Shown here piece by piece: positions 16,271 to 27,200 of a stretch of 64,000 nt of DNA (within the stretch, counting starts at the first letter, position 1; every line of letters starts with the position of its first letter). The DNA is taken from the IMG/VR virus record IMGVR_UViG_3300020183_000020, positions 46,138 to 110,137 of that record. One strand, 5' to 3'. The DNA comes from a virus. The notes under the pieces were generated by a model. The model was given only the letters and a program-made list of their open reading frames with translations, ran no database searches and was not told where the DNA came from. The position numbers were made by a program, and so were the translations under genes.

Positions 16271-17050
16271 TTATAGCGTATCTGTACTAAGGCTTAGGAC
16301 TACAAAATCTTCGCTTTTGACCCCTATTTGACACTCGATGAGCCAATCAATAAACATCTTTCCATCAACTAGGGCGATGGGTTTATTATCTTTACGGCTG
16401 GCTTCTTCAATTGCCTCTTTGGTGAAGCCCGAGGTGCAGATGATCATCCCGCTTTCATGCTTGAGGCTTCCTCTTAGCTCCCTAACTTCCTTTGATCCGA
16501 CTTTGTTTTTCCCTGCGTATCTCTTAACCTGTATAGCAACCTCAGTATTGATTAAGCCTATATAAATGGCTCTTATGTCTATACCCTTATCTTTAGTGGG
16601 TGGTGTGACTCGAACATCACGACAGCCCTTTCGAGACAAGACACCTGCCACAAAATGTTCAAACTGAGTCCCATTATACTTACCCAATACATTATCCAAA
16701 AGTTGCTTTCTTACCTTGTCGTTGTGGGCTTTGATCTCAGATAAGAAGTTGTCTTGGTGAGGGTGAGCGGGGGACGGCTTTGGATTGGTCTTGGGAGTCT
16801 TGGTGGTGGGGGGGTGGGTAGCCTGAGCGGTTTTTATCCAATAAAGACCTGCCTTATCTAAGGTGAAGTCGCCATGCCTCTTCATGTGCTTATACAAAGC
16901 GGCTTGGATTGTAGCTTTGGGTCTCTTTCCGCCCAAGGGGGGAGACCCCTTCTTTTCTAGAATCTTATCCGTGAGGTCATCGAGAGTCAGACCTTGAGAT
17001 TGTTCTTGGAGAACCTTGATGGCGAGGGAAACATAGGAGTCTTGTTGCAT
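16271..17050 (-). CDS. Mrr-family restriction endonuclease with N-terminal winged-HTH (HARE-like)
   Basis: 'QFEHFVAGVL...G','TKDKGIDI','IQVKRY','VGSKEVREL.G','ICTSGFT.EA...A','IALVDG' = Mrr_cat. Confidence 0.9.
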   Translation of the reverse strand: MQQDSYVSLAIKVLQEQSQGLTLDDLTDKILEKKGSPPLGGKRPKATIQAALYKHMKRHGDFTLDKAGLYWIKTAQATHPPTTKTPKTNPKPSPAHPHQDNFLSEIKAHNDKVRKQLLDNVLGKYNGTQFEHFVAGVLSRKGCRDVRVTPPTKDKGIDIRAIYIGLINTEVAIQVKRYAGKNKVGSKEVRELRGSLKHESGMIICTSGFTKEAIEEASRKDNKPIALVDGKMFIDWLIECQIGVKSEDFVVLSLSTDTL

Positions 17051-17101
17051 AATGGAGGTAACTTCTCTTTTGGATTTTGGGTTCTATCTCTCACTCGCCA
17101 T

Positions 17102-17130
17102 ACAATAATTGTATAACCCGAATGGGATAC
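17102..17130 (-). promoter_or_regulatory. Putative early/middle promoter GTATCCCA-N15-TATTGT
   Basis: Upstream of the Mrr gene; followed by GTGAGAGATA as in the 56757 and 57925 copies. Confidence 0.6.
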
Positions 17131-17181
17131 TAAATATAAGTGTTTTACTAGGGAAGTGTTCCCCCGTTGGGGATCGCTCTT

Positions 17182-18048
17182 TCAGTATCCGAAATCGGTG
17201 GGGTTTTGGGCGATGACCTTTTCGATCACTTCGATGTGTTTCTTTAGGTGTATGGTGGTGATGCCTTTAGCCTCAGCCCACTCTTGGTGGGTTTGATAGG
17301 TGCCTTCGACCTTATCACGATATATTCCATATCGGATAAGACCTGTCTCCTGACCGAACTTGGAGGTGAGGAGGTGTTTGACATGATTTGAGATGGAATC
17401 AGCTTCAGCTAGCTTTTCAGCTTCGGAGGTGTAGTCGTAAAAGTAGTCTACTTCGGTGTTTTCGGGGTTATCCTCGTCCACCTTTGTCACCACTTTAGCG
17501 GAGTCTTCGGACTGATAGTGATACCGAGAACCACGCTTACACTCTTGTTGAGTCTTACGCCCGCGTTGGCGTTGCAGGGCATCTTGTCCCTCGACCATAC
17601 TTGCCCGCCACACGAACTGCTTAAAATGGTAGAAGATTGAGTTTTGTGTGGGTTCTTTGCCTTTATCCACCATAGCGGAAAGATTGTTCTTGTCGCAGAT
17701 GAAGACGATAAAATCTTGAAAATAATCTTCCAAGTCGCCTAGAGCAAAGTTTATAGCTGTGTCCCTGCCCCCATGACGGAGGCAAAACTCTCTCAGCTTT
17801 TCGTAGTTGGCGGACTTTCCGTCATACAGCCACTTCTCTGTGGAGTTGTAAGTCCTCCTTGAGGGGCGGTTTTTAGGCGGTTGGATCGTGACAACCTGAT
17901 ACGACTCAATCTCGTTGAACATGGTGTCGAAAATCGAGTCTTTATTTTCAAGGGCTTTGATCTGAGCCTCTAGAGCTTTGATCTGAGCCTCCACCTTCGC
18001 CGCTTCCTCCCGCTTCCCAAAAAGGTCTTGCCGCAGTTTCTCTAACAC
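17182..18048 (-). CDS. Divergent sigma-factor-like transcription regulator
   Basis: Region-2-like 'DLEDYFQDFIVFI', C-terminal HTH-like 'THQEWAEAKGITTIHLKKHIEVIEKVI'; N-terminal 7-aa tandem repeat EAQIKAL. Confidence 0.4.
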   Translation of the reverse strand: MLEKLRQDLFGKREEAAKVEAQIKALEAQIKALENKDSIFDTMFNEIESYQVVTIQPPKNRPSRRTYNSTEKWLYDGKSANYEKLREFCLRHGGRDTAINFALGDLEDYFQDFIVFICDKNNLSAMVDKGKEPTQNSIFYHFKQFVWRASMVEGQDALQRQRGRKTQQECKRGSRYHYQSEDSAKVVTKVDEDNPENTEVDYFYDYTSEAEKLAEADSISNHVKHLLTSKFGQETGLIRYGIYRDKVEGTYQTHQEWAEAKGITTIHLKKHIEVIEKVIAQNPTDFGY

Positions 18049-18119
18049 GATGGTCTCCTCATAGAGAGGGTTAGTTGTGCCTCATATGGTTGGTCACCGA
18101 GACACGGGGGGTAGCACCT

Positions 18120-18181
18120 AGTCTACACAGGGTAGGTGGTGTCAGTCAACACTAATCATGTTAGTTGGGGGTGTGGGATAC
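18120..18181 (-). promoter_or_regulatory. Tandem promoters: sigma70-like TTGACT-N18-TAGACT (18120-18149) and GTATCCCA-N16-GATTAG (18152-18181)
   Basis: Read directly upstream of the 18048 start. Confidence 0.45.
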
Positions 18182-18233
18182 TTTTTTTCTGTTTATTGAC
18201 AACCGGCTAAGAATCTTCTGAAAGGATAAGATA

Positions 18234-19826
18234 ATGGACAAGAAACTACTGACCTTAGGTGTTCTGATCGAGCGGAGTGGGTTTGCCTCCCACAACAAGG
18301 AAGCGGCTGAATTTTTGTCCGCTTTAAAGAAACAGGCAGGAATGGATAAACTCGCCATGTTGCCGACCAAATGGGATAGTCCAGCTAAGAAACAAGAATA
18401 TGGGGAAATGCCCCTAGATACCCTTCAGCACTTTTTTGTTCAGATGTGGTGGGGTGCGATGGTGAAGCTAGGTACGACCACCGTACAGCCTCCCGCTGAA
18501 CTCAAGATGACCAACATGAAGTTTATAGATCGTTTCTTGGGTGCTCCACTTAAGGCATCTTCCAATCCTAAGCCGAATACGGAGATTAATCAGCTTTGGG
18601 CTTCTCTTAAGGAGGCATGGAACAGACACCGCACCGACTACGAGTCGGCTTGGAACCGCATTTGGTTTAGGGCATATAACGCTACAAGCTATGTCCGTGG
18701 TACTAGGAGTTACCCAACCACAGAGGCACGCAATCAAGCTGAATCTGAGCAGTCCGTTGCGGTCTTTGATAAGTATTTTAAGGGTAACTCGTTATTTAAC
18801 TTTGTTTTGAAATTAAATCTCGGCTCACTAGAGTCGGTCTTTGAGCAGACCTCGGCTCTGATTGTATCTAACATCGCCAATGGGAATGTATCCTCAAAGT
18901 CGGTCAAAAGCATCTCCACAGACTTTTCCGCTCCCGAAGATGAAGATGGTGGTGGTGCGGGTGATGCTTACAACTTCACCTATGAAGATGCCGTCATTAA
19001 CTATCCGAGTAAACCGAGAGCAGTCACAGAAAAGCTGTTAGGAGATGATGGTACATGGCAAGCCTTCATCAATGAAGCCGTGAAGAATGATGCTTCTTTT
19101 ATGGCGGATTTAAATGGGGTAATTAAGGATGCGTTAGAGATACCTGCTATGTCTGAGGATGTGTTGTTATCCACAAGGATAACAAGTTTGCCTCAGATGG
19201 AAATACTCGCAACCCTTATTGATGATTGCATCTCTCCTTTAGCGACAAGGCGTATTCAAAATACGGATAGGAACGCGATATCCAGCGGAGGTTATGCTGT
19301 CCTTTACGCATATCTAGCCTTGTCGGGGGTGACTTTTGAAGTGGCCGGAGGGGGTACAACGACTGTGAAGCTGTCGGTTAACCCTTTCTTACTTAACTTC
19401 AGAGAGTTGCAGAGAGTCGCTCCTGAATTTAGAAAGGCGGCAGACTTTGGGGGATTGGTGGCTAGTCTTTGGGCTTCCGTAGAGAGGTATATGCCCACAA
19501 AGTTACTCGTCATGAATCAAGCTGTGTTCACGACTCAGATGATCAAGTTTGTTTGGGGTGGGAGTGGTATAGCTCCTTATCAGTCCGAGAAGTTCCCTGA
19601 GGGTCCCATGAAGGCAGGTAGAAGATATTTTGCAGCCTGCCTCAAAGAGTTTATCCGTCTTCGCCTTATCCTTGAAGTTTCAAACCGCCAAGTTTTGGCA
19701 GATGCCGAACCGGGTTTAAAGGGTTCTACCTGTGTGGATGCTCTTAGAGCAATCACTATGGCACCTAAGTCGGTTATTGATGTTGCTCGTACACTTCTGA
19801 TTCAGGACTTAGTGGGAATGAAGTAA
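18234..19826 (+). CDS. Hypothetical protein, probable virion component with propeptide-like N-terminus
   Basis: 530 aa; clustered KEA/KQA/KLA in the first 41 aa; directly upstream of the baseplate genes. Confidence 0.7.
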   Translation: MDKKLLTLGVLIERSGFASHNKEAAEFLSALKKQAGMDKLAMLPTKWDSPAKKQEYGEMPLDTLQHFFVQMWWGAMVKLGTTTVQPPAELKMTNMKFIDRFLGAPLKASSNPKPNTEINQLWASLKEAWNRHRTDYESAWNRIWFRAYNATSYVRGTRSYPTTEARNQAESEQSVAVFDKYFKGNSLFNFVLKLNLGSLESVFEQTSALIVSNIANGNVSSKSVKSISTDFSAPEDEDGGGAGDAYNFTYEDAVINYPSKPRAVTEKLLGDDGTWQAFINEAVKNDASFMADLNGVIKDALEIPAMSEDVLLSTRITSLPQMEILATLIDDCISPLATRRIQNTDRNAISSGGYAVLYAYLALSGVTFEVAGGGTTTVKLSVNPFLLNFRELQRVAPEFRKAADFGGLVASLWASVERYMPTKLLVMNQAVFTTQMIKFVWGGSGIAPYQSEKFPEGPMKAGRRYFAACLKEFIRLRLILEVSNRQVLADAEPGLKGSTCVDALRAITMAPKSVIDVARTLLIQDLVGMK

Positions 19827-19892
19827 ATCTTTTATTGATGCCCCCATGTAACTATCCGTTTTGTGTGGATAGTTAACCACTTCTTCATGGGG
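19824..19892 (+). promoter_or_regulatory. Late promoter motif plus nested hairpin occluding the RBS
   Basis: TAAATCTTTTAT (19824-19835); CCCCATG/CATGGGG outer stem and TAACTATCC/GGATAGTTA inner stem. Confidence 0.6.
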
Positions 19893-19899
19893 TGACAAT

Positions 19900-20940
19900 A
19901 TGAGTAAAGACTTGCAGATAGCTCACGCTTGCCCTCATCTTATCCGTTATGAGCGGGTGTTTTTAGATGGGGGCAAGTTTATTTCACCTGCGAGTCCAAT
20001 CGAAGGTGAAAATCTTTTGGTCTTGAGGAGAGACGGAATAGAACTGCCCTCGGTGGGCTTGTTCAGAGAGGCTTCAGTAATATCTCCTCTTAAAGGTCCA
20101 TATCGGATAAAGGCGGGGGCGAATGAGTTGGTGGTGGAGTTAGAGGGTGGAGTTTCTTATGATTTGATCATTCCACCTAAAATTTACAGCACAGCTACGC
20201 TTGTTTCTTTTTTAGAGAACAAGTTGGGCGAGATTTCTGTGATGGAACATCAGTTAGCATTAAAGTTTACGGATAACCGCAGGGGAGTAGGGTTTAGCGT
20301 AAGGGGTTCAGTAATGGATAGTTTGGGTTTTTCGGTTTCAAAGGTGAGAGCGAAGCCACAAAGGATAACGCCGAGTTGGAAGTTGAGGAAAAGCGGAGTG
20401 GGGGGGTATATGTTGGCGTTTGATAAACCTCTAGACCCTGAGGGGTTATTGGATATCACCTACACAACCATCAAGTCTCAATGTCGTAGGTGCAATGCAA
20501 CAGGGGTAGAGAATGACCTTAGATTTTCTACCACGGGTGATTTATCCATAGTGGAGGGATATGACCTATTGTATCAGAACATAGCGAAGACGCTATTGAC
20601 AATACAGGGTAGCAATCCATATCACGATTGGTATGGGTCTAATGCGGTTGGTCTAGTGGGTAAGAAGTCTAGTACTGCCCTTCCGTCTTTGATAAGGCAA
20701 AGTGTCAAAGAAGCATTGGATAGATTTCAAGGGTTACAGAGAGAGCAATCCAAGCTACAGGTGGTGACGAATGAAGAACGCTTGTTGAGTTTGGATAGCG
20801 TCTCTGTGGAACGGATAGGGAACGATGAGACGAGTGTATTGTGTACTGTGGTGGTGAGAGCGGCTAGTGGCTCTCCCGTGAACATAAACATTGTATTTGC
20901 CGTTCCTGGCAGTATCCCGCTAGATGGAGACCTATCATGA
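19900..20940 (+). CDS. Baseplate wedge protein with C-terminal gp25/GPW-like domain
   Basis: 'DLRFSTTGDLSIVEGYDLLYQNIAKTLLT.QGSNPYH.WYGS'; precedes the baseplate-J-like gene. Confidence 0.7.
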   Translation: MSKDLQIAHACPHLIRYERVFLDGGKFISPASPIEGENLLVLRRDGIELPSVGLFREASVISPLKGPYRIKAGANELVVELEGGVSYDLIIPPKIYSTATLVSFLENKLGEISVMEHQLALKFTDNRRGVGFSVRGSVMDSLGFSVSKVRAKPQRITPSWKLRKSGVGGYMLAFDKPLDPEGLLDITYTTIKSQCRRCNATGVENDLRFSTTGDLSIVEGYDLLYQNIAKTLLTIQGSNPYHDWYGSNAVGLVGKKSSTALPSLIRQSVKEALDRFQGLQREQSKLQVVTNEERLLSLDSVSVERIGNDETSVLCTVVVRAASGSPVNINIVFAVPGSIPLDGDLS

Positions 20941-23900
20941 GTTTATTTGAGATCATTCGCCCTGATGGGGTTAAGACTTCAGCGGCTAGTGTGGTGTATT
21001 CAACCTTAAGGGAAGAGGTTGTCCTAAGAGGGAACATTTCGGATTACACCGAGATAACAATTCTATTTAATGGGACAAGTTATACATCGGTGGGAGTAGA
21101 TGCGGACATAGAGATAATAGGAACCACATGGATATTTCCATCTATGGGTGGGATAGACATTTCGCAGGGATCGAACTCATTTGAAATAACGGCTAGTGGT
21201 GCGGGTTTGACGGATAAAACTATCCGTCTTGATGTGGTTTCCCCTGAGAATGAACAGGTGACACCACCATCGGCTCCCACAAATATCCGTATCGGTCGGT
21301 CACAAAATGCTGTGGATATTTCTTTTGATCACACGGACAATGATGTGACCTACTACAACATCTATGGTTCTACATCAAGTGGTGGTGGGCTAAATGGATA
21401 CTATCTAATAAATGCGATACCGCTAGACCCTGTGTCTTATGGTGTGCGGACGGAGCGGATAACTGAGTTGGGGGGTTTGACGGCGGATTTGAGTCCGAGT
21501 GTAGCTGATCCTTTGTTTGTGGAAGTTCAGGCGTTACAGAATTCTTCTTCAGCCGTACTATCTACGGCTTCTCTTGGGGATGTGGAGATACCTGAAACAA
21601 CAACAAGGATAAGAGTTTCGGCAGTAGTGTCGGCAATGAGTCTGAGTGTGGAGATGAAGTTTAGGCACTCAAGGACAGCCACGCCGAACTCACAGCCACC
21701 GACTTATCAAGTGGGAGAGTTTTCAACCCTTCCTGCGACTAGCCCTATTTATTATGTTGTGACTGCGGTTAAAGTGGTTGATGATCTTGAGATAGAATCC
21801 GTTTATAGCATTGAGGTTTCAGGACAACCGATAGACATTCAAACCACAACGCTTAGTCTTCCAAATGTTTCGGATAGCGACCTGACCACAAGTCTGATTC
21901 AGACGATTTACGCCGCTGATGAGGATGCGGCAGTACAAGCAGGATCAGCTATCCGAGATTTGATGATAGACCCGATGGTGTCTGAGTTATCCCGTAATAG
22001 ATTTGTGTTGGATTTCTCTTATCGAGCCACGAGTTTTCTGAGTCTATTAAACATAGATGACCCTTTGAACACGGGTGCATCTATATCGGTCTCCAACAGT
22101 TCATATAAGCTGGCTCTAAAAGATGCGTTATTTCTTCAGACGGATGTTCAGACACAAAACATCATAGATGGTGCCTTTGAGAGACTAGCGTCTAATTTTG
22201 GATTATCGCGTAGATTGGGGGTTCGGGCGAGGGGAGAAGTGATCTTTTATTTATCTAATAAGCCTACATTTACCTTATCCGTGCCTTTAGGAACGGTGTT
22301 AACGGGAGGGGGGGTTTCATTTAAGACGATTCAATCAGGGGGTTTTAGTGCTGAAAATGCGGCTTCGCTTTATAACCCTGTGCGTAAACGCTATGAATTG
22401 ACCTTACAGATAGAAGCAATAGAGGAAGGGTTAAGGGGGAATTTAACAAGTGGTCAAATCACTCAGGGAGCCCCTGCGGGATTAAGGGTGATCAACACAG
22501 CTGCTACTTTTGGTGGTCAGGATATTGAGAGCAACAGCGATTTGACGGCAAGGTCTTTAGGGTATTTGTCCTCTGTGGATGTGGGGACAAGAAATGGATA
22601 CCTTAGGGTGGCGAGAGAGACCTCAGGGGTAGTTTCCGTCTTGGTCATAGATGCGGACAGCCCATATATGGTGAGAGACGATGGACTAGGCGGAAAGGTA
22701 GATGTTTGGATAAGGGGCGAGAGCGTAGCTAGTGTAACGGATACTTATGCACCTACATACAAGACCAAACGCGGGGCAAGGTTTCTTCCTCTTGTGAGCG
22801 AAGGTTCTTATTTATTTAAACTCGCTGATGCCTCCTCCCCATCTTTATTCGCCATGATAGATCGAGAAGACTTAGGTTTAGGTCTAAAGAATGCCACGAG
22901 TGGAGAGTTCTTTGACTTGACCGATGCTGTAATTACAAATGGGACTACCATTCAGCTTGAGGTCTCAATCACACAACCGACATATGCTTTTGGCGATATC
23001 ATATTGGGTGATTATCGCTCAGAGATCAGTTCAGATATCCATTTGGACAGGCAACCCGTTAGAGAAGTGGTTTCCGTAACCAAGCCTGATGGGTCGAACT
23101 TGGAGTTCGACTTCTTTAAGTCTGAAGACCCGCTGATGTTGGGTCAATCCACGAGAGCTTCGGATTATATCCGTGTTCAAAATGATGGACTTGAGAAAAT
23201 CATAGATGTCACTCAAGAAGCCCACACGCTGATTGGATTTTATCCTGATAGGTTGGCAAACTTAGGTGTCGATGTAAACAGTATTGTGGTGACAAACACT
23301 TCAGGTGTGGTGTTTGATAGCCCTCTTGATCCAAGTGTAACTTCGCCTGATTATGAAATCATCTCAGAAGGTGATGTGGTTTCTATTCGTAGGACTAGTG
23401 CCGCAGGGGGGATAACAGATGGAGAGGTGGTGTTGGTCACATACCAACACCTTGAAAACATCACAGTCACCTACAAAACAAATATCGTATTATCCAATTT
23501 GCAGGTTGAGTTAGAGGCTAATAAACACCTAGGGGCTGATGTATTGGCGAAGGAGGTGTCCCCCGTGTATGTGGACATAAAGGCTGTAGTTGTTTTGGAG
23601 CGGGGTTCCAACATCAATACGGTTGACTCCCTTATCCGTAATAACCTTTCCAATCTCATCTTGGGTCAAGTGTTAGGTGGATCACTTCGGGTTTCGGATA
23701 TTATCCGTGAGATAGATGGAACAACAGGTGTGGCATATGTGATCATGCCATTGACGCAGCTAGCACTTCAGGCAGGGGGGTCTATTCTAAGAGAACCCGT
23801 GGTGGTAGGTTCGTTAAGAAACATAACCCAACTCAACAACTCCACACATCAGGTTTGGATACTTGACACGGGACTATCCAATAACGCGAGTGTAGAGGGC

Positions 23901-24239
23901 GGGGTAAATGCACGGGTTTTCCTTGATGGGCAGGAGATACCTTTGTTGGGCATCTCACAAAGATCATTTAAGGCAAATTGGATAAAAACCTCAGCCACAA
24001 TCATGGGGGTAGAGGGACTGAGCGTTTATGACACAGGTCTAGGTGTTTATGTAGATGTCCCAAATACACAACACAAGGTGGGATTATGTTTACCCATAGG
24101 GGATCATCCGAGTAACCACACGATAAGTGTCAACTACACAACAGGCGATTCCACAGGTGTAGTCAGAGATGTGGTGATAAATGAGTTCTCATATCTACAG
24201 GTGGGGGATGTGAGCTTTACTTACGAGGAGGCGAGATGA
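20937..24239 (+). CDS. Baseplate J-like (gp6/gp47-type) wedge protein with N-terminal FN3-like domains
   Basis: 'GSAIRDLMIDP', 'LASNFGLSRRLG.RARGEV.F', 'VPLGTVL', 'GLRGNL..GQI', 'GGQDIESNSDL..R', 'GGKVDVWI'; FN3-like 'PPSAPTNI...YYNIY'. Confidence 0.82.
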   Translation: MSLFEIIRPDGVKTSAASVVYSTLREEVVLRGNISDYTEITILFNGTSYTSVGVDADIEIIGTTWIFPSMGGIDISQGSNSFEITASGAGLTDKTIRLDVVSPENEQVTPPSAPTNIRIGRSQNAVDISFDHTDNDVTYYNIYGSTSSGGGLNGYYLINAIPLDPVSYGVRTERITELGGLTADLSPSVADPLFVEVQALQNSSSAVLSTASLGDVEIPETTTRIRVSAVVSAMSLSVEMKFRHSRTATPNSQPPTYQVGEFSTLPATSPIYYVVTAVKVVDDLEIESVYSIEVSGQPIDIQTTTLSLPNVSDSDLTTSLIQTIYAADEDAAVQAGSAIRDLMIDPMVSELSRNRFVLDFSYRATSFLSLLNIDDPLNTGASISVSNSSYKLALKDALFLQTDVQTQNIIDGAFERLASNFGLSRRLGVRARGEVIFYLSNKPTFTLSVPLGTVLTGGGVSFKTIQSGGFSAENAASLYNPVRKRYELTLQIEAIEEGLRGNLTSGQITQGAPAGLRVINTAATFGGQDIESNSDLTARSLGYLSSVDVGTRNGYLRVARETSGVVSVLVIDADSPYMVRDDGLGGKVDVWIRGESVASVTDTYAPTYKTKRGARFLPLVSEGSYLFKLADASSPSLFAMIDREDLGLGLKNATSGEFFDLTDAVITNGTTIQLEVSITQPTYAFGDIILGDYRSEISSDIHLDRQPVREVVSVTKPDGSNLEFDFFKSEDPLMLGQSTRASDYIRVQNDGLEKIIDVTQEAHTLIGFYPDRLANLGVDVNSIVVTNTSGVVFDSPLDPSVTSPDYEIISEGDVVSIRRTSAAGGITDGEVVLVTYQHLENITVTYKTNIVLSNLQVELEANKHLGADVLAKEVSPVYVDIKAVVVLERGSNINTVDSLIRNNLSNLILGQVLGGSLRVSDIIREIDGTTGVAYVIMPLTQLALQAGGSILREPVVVGSLRNITQLNNSTHQVWILDTGLSNNASVEGGVNARVFLDGQEIPLLGISQRSFKANWIKTSATIMGVEGLSVYDTGLGVYVDVPNTQHKVGLCLPIGDHPSNHTISVNYTTGDSTGVVRDVVINEFSYLQVGDVSFTYEEAR

Positions 24240-27200
24240 GTATTTATCCATATGATCCTAGAGTTCAAAAAGACCCTTTGGGTAGAAAGTCTAGTTCACG
24301 CCGACTCCTTGAGGATATCTTGGCGGAACGCATCGTTTCTTCTCTAGCTAGGAGCACCGCTTCTAACTATATCACGGAAGCATATGGAGCAAATCACAGG
24401 ATATTTTATGAGGGCATAGCGGCTATCTTAGCAGAGTTCTTGGTGGACTCGGTGGATAACATAGACGATGCCGATCTCACACAAATGAGAGCTGAGTTTA
24501 TCTCGACAAGGCTTTTGTACTCTGTCTTTCCACCCAACGAATCTGCCATACCCTCCACGGATACCATTGAAGAACTGCACTCCATTCTTCAGGACACGCT
24601 GAAGTCGCTCTTCAAGGGAAGCGGTAACTCCTCAATTCTAGAGGCTTTAAACTCTCTTGGTTCAGAAGTCTCCTTAGAGATTGAAAACTTTGTTGTTAAT
24701 CTCACATCTAGCATCCTCAGCATCACTTCTATAGCTGAGGATCACCGACACTTTGTGTTCTCTCGACCCACGGGATTGGGAAGCACAAGTTATCCTATTG
24801 GTATGAAGTGGGGAGATGCACTTCATACCCATCTAGTTATTGATGGTGTGGTTCAGCCTTATACGGATACGCAGGGGACTACACACACTCACGAGGCATC
24901 TCTTGGTCTAAGTCTCAATGTTCTTAAGATTCAGGAAAATCTAAGAAAGGTATTTTCGGTTCTTAAGCCAGCCCACATAAAGACGGGTGTGGTCGCTTCT
25001 CTCTTAGAAGAAGATGAGACTCTTGGCGTGACTGAGGATGGAATGTCTTTATCCTTGGGTGAGTTCCACCAAGAGGATATGAGAAAAGTCCGTCTAGGGA
25101 CATGGGGAGATGTCTTGTTTGGATATGCCTCTAATAAGACCCTGAGGCTCTATCGAACAAACATCACCAAACCCAACTCTCTTCTGATTAAAGCCTCTGA
25201 AAATGCTCCCTCTGGTCAACGCCGAAGAGTCATCTCCGTCTCTAACAGCACACCACCCTCAGGTGACTATCCAATTTGGAGTTTTCCATTAGACGCAGTA
25301 GCCGAGGAAGTGTTACGCGACATAGGAGTGGATGTCTTATCCGTAGATGCTGATGGTTTTGTTGTTGGCAAGAACACATCTACTTCTACAACCCAAATGT
25401 TATCCTATTTGGGTGATGGTAGTTTGGTGTTGTTAAACGGTGTGGCGTATTACTTGGATATGTTTCTAAAAACACCCGTCAAACACAAGTTATCTGCCAA
25501 GGTCATTCAACTAGATTCTGTGAGTGCATCTCAGGGCGTTGTGGAAATCACAAACCTCTCTAGTCCTTGGAAGGTTCGGCAAGACATACGCTATGAGAGC
25601 TACACCTTTACTTATTATCCGCCTGATATTTCAAATCTGTGGTTTAGTTTCCCTGATCTCAATATCCGTTTCTTTTACAAGGGAATCGCCTTAGGTCTCA
25701 CACAATCATGTTCTATATTCGTGAATGGCATCGAATTACCAGCCGATAAAATCAAGTTTTACAGCTATTTTGACAATCGGTTTTATGTTTTAAATCCCGA
25801 TGGATCATCATATCTAAATGACCTTGATAGGATAACCATCGTTTATCCATATGACGAAGATGAAGTCTATCGGTTTACAGCACTAAACGATACTCGTTTG
25901 GTCTTAAATGCTACCCGCAAGCTCGGACAAGTCACCACCACACAAGGTCGTAAGTCTGCCTACTCCGCCCCCTCCGCTCCACCTTATTATATAAGACGGA
26001 AAAACTTTGTACTGAACAAAGTAGAACCCATAAGCCCTTTGTTTTTTGAACAAAGAGAGGCTAGCTATGGTCTTAATTCTACATCCACGACAAACACCAC
26101 CACACAATATCTAAATAGCTCTTTTATACTGAATAGAGTATCCTCGTCATCTAAGGTATCAAACATATCAGCCCCCGCTACGGCAAACCTAAGCACGAGC
26201 GATGGGAAAATATCTTTTGTTCAACTCGGCTTCAAACCTGATTACATACTATCAATAACGGATACTGATGGGAATGAATATCTAGGCACATTGGATAGTG
26301 GGTATTTATTGGTGCAGGGTGTGGATGTCTTAACGACCCTTGAGATATCGGCTGTAAGTTCAAACCCGCTCACAAGTGAAGGCACTTGGTTCTCGGGAGA
26401 GAAACTCCTTGAAGGTCAAGCCCCACTTAAGAAACCAACACATTCATTCAGCGGTTTATCCGAAAGCACCTCAGATGAGATTATGTCTAATCCTTTGGGA
26501 TTAGCTGAACCTCAAATAGGTGGCGGATATAAAGATGCAACACGAAGCGTTATTGCTCGATCTTCCACGACTCAAGTCGGAGTGGCAGGGGAACCCGTCT
26601 TTTATGAAGATCGCCCCACCGCGTTTTATGTGGGTGGTTATTTATCCGAATTACACACCGAGACTTCTTATGTAGACGATGTGTTGTATGGGGATTACTC
26701 TCTGTACACGCTTGGACCTATCTCGACAACAGAGCTAACCACATTCACAACAATCCCCACCTACTTGTTCTTTCAGTACAACTCCCTCAGTTTATTCGGA
26801 GGGGACGGATACTACTTCTCGATTTATCGGATAAGTAGTGATGGGATCAAATACTATCAAACCCTTTATCCGATTGCAGACGGAGGCGGCTTTGAGTGTT
26901 TTGAACAACACCCGTCTCCTCCGAATGGGGCTCCTCTTGCATATAGATGGATAGACCAAGGAACAGGAAGCGGCTTTAGCCTCAACTACGATAATGGAAA
27001 CTTCGACTTTCCGTTATATGAAGCTGACCCAAATGGATACTTTAATCATATTCCAAATCAGACCTATTACATAGAAGTATATATGGAGCAAAACGCAGGT
27101 GCTGATGGACTTAGGTTTTTCTCTAGTGGCACGAATGCCCCCTACGCATTAAATACCCCTTGGGCTTCTTCTTCCGAAGTTTATGACTTAGATGACCCTA

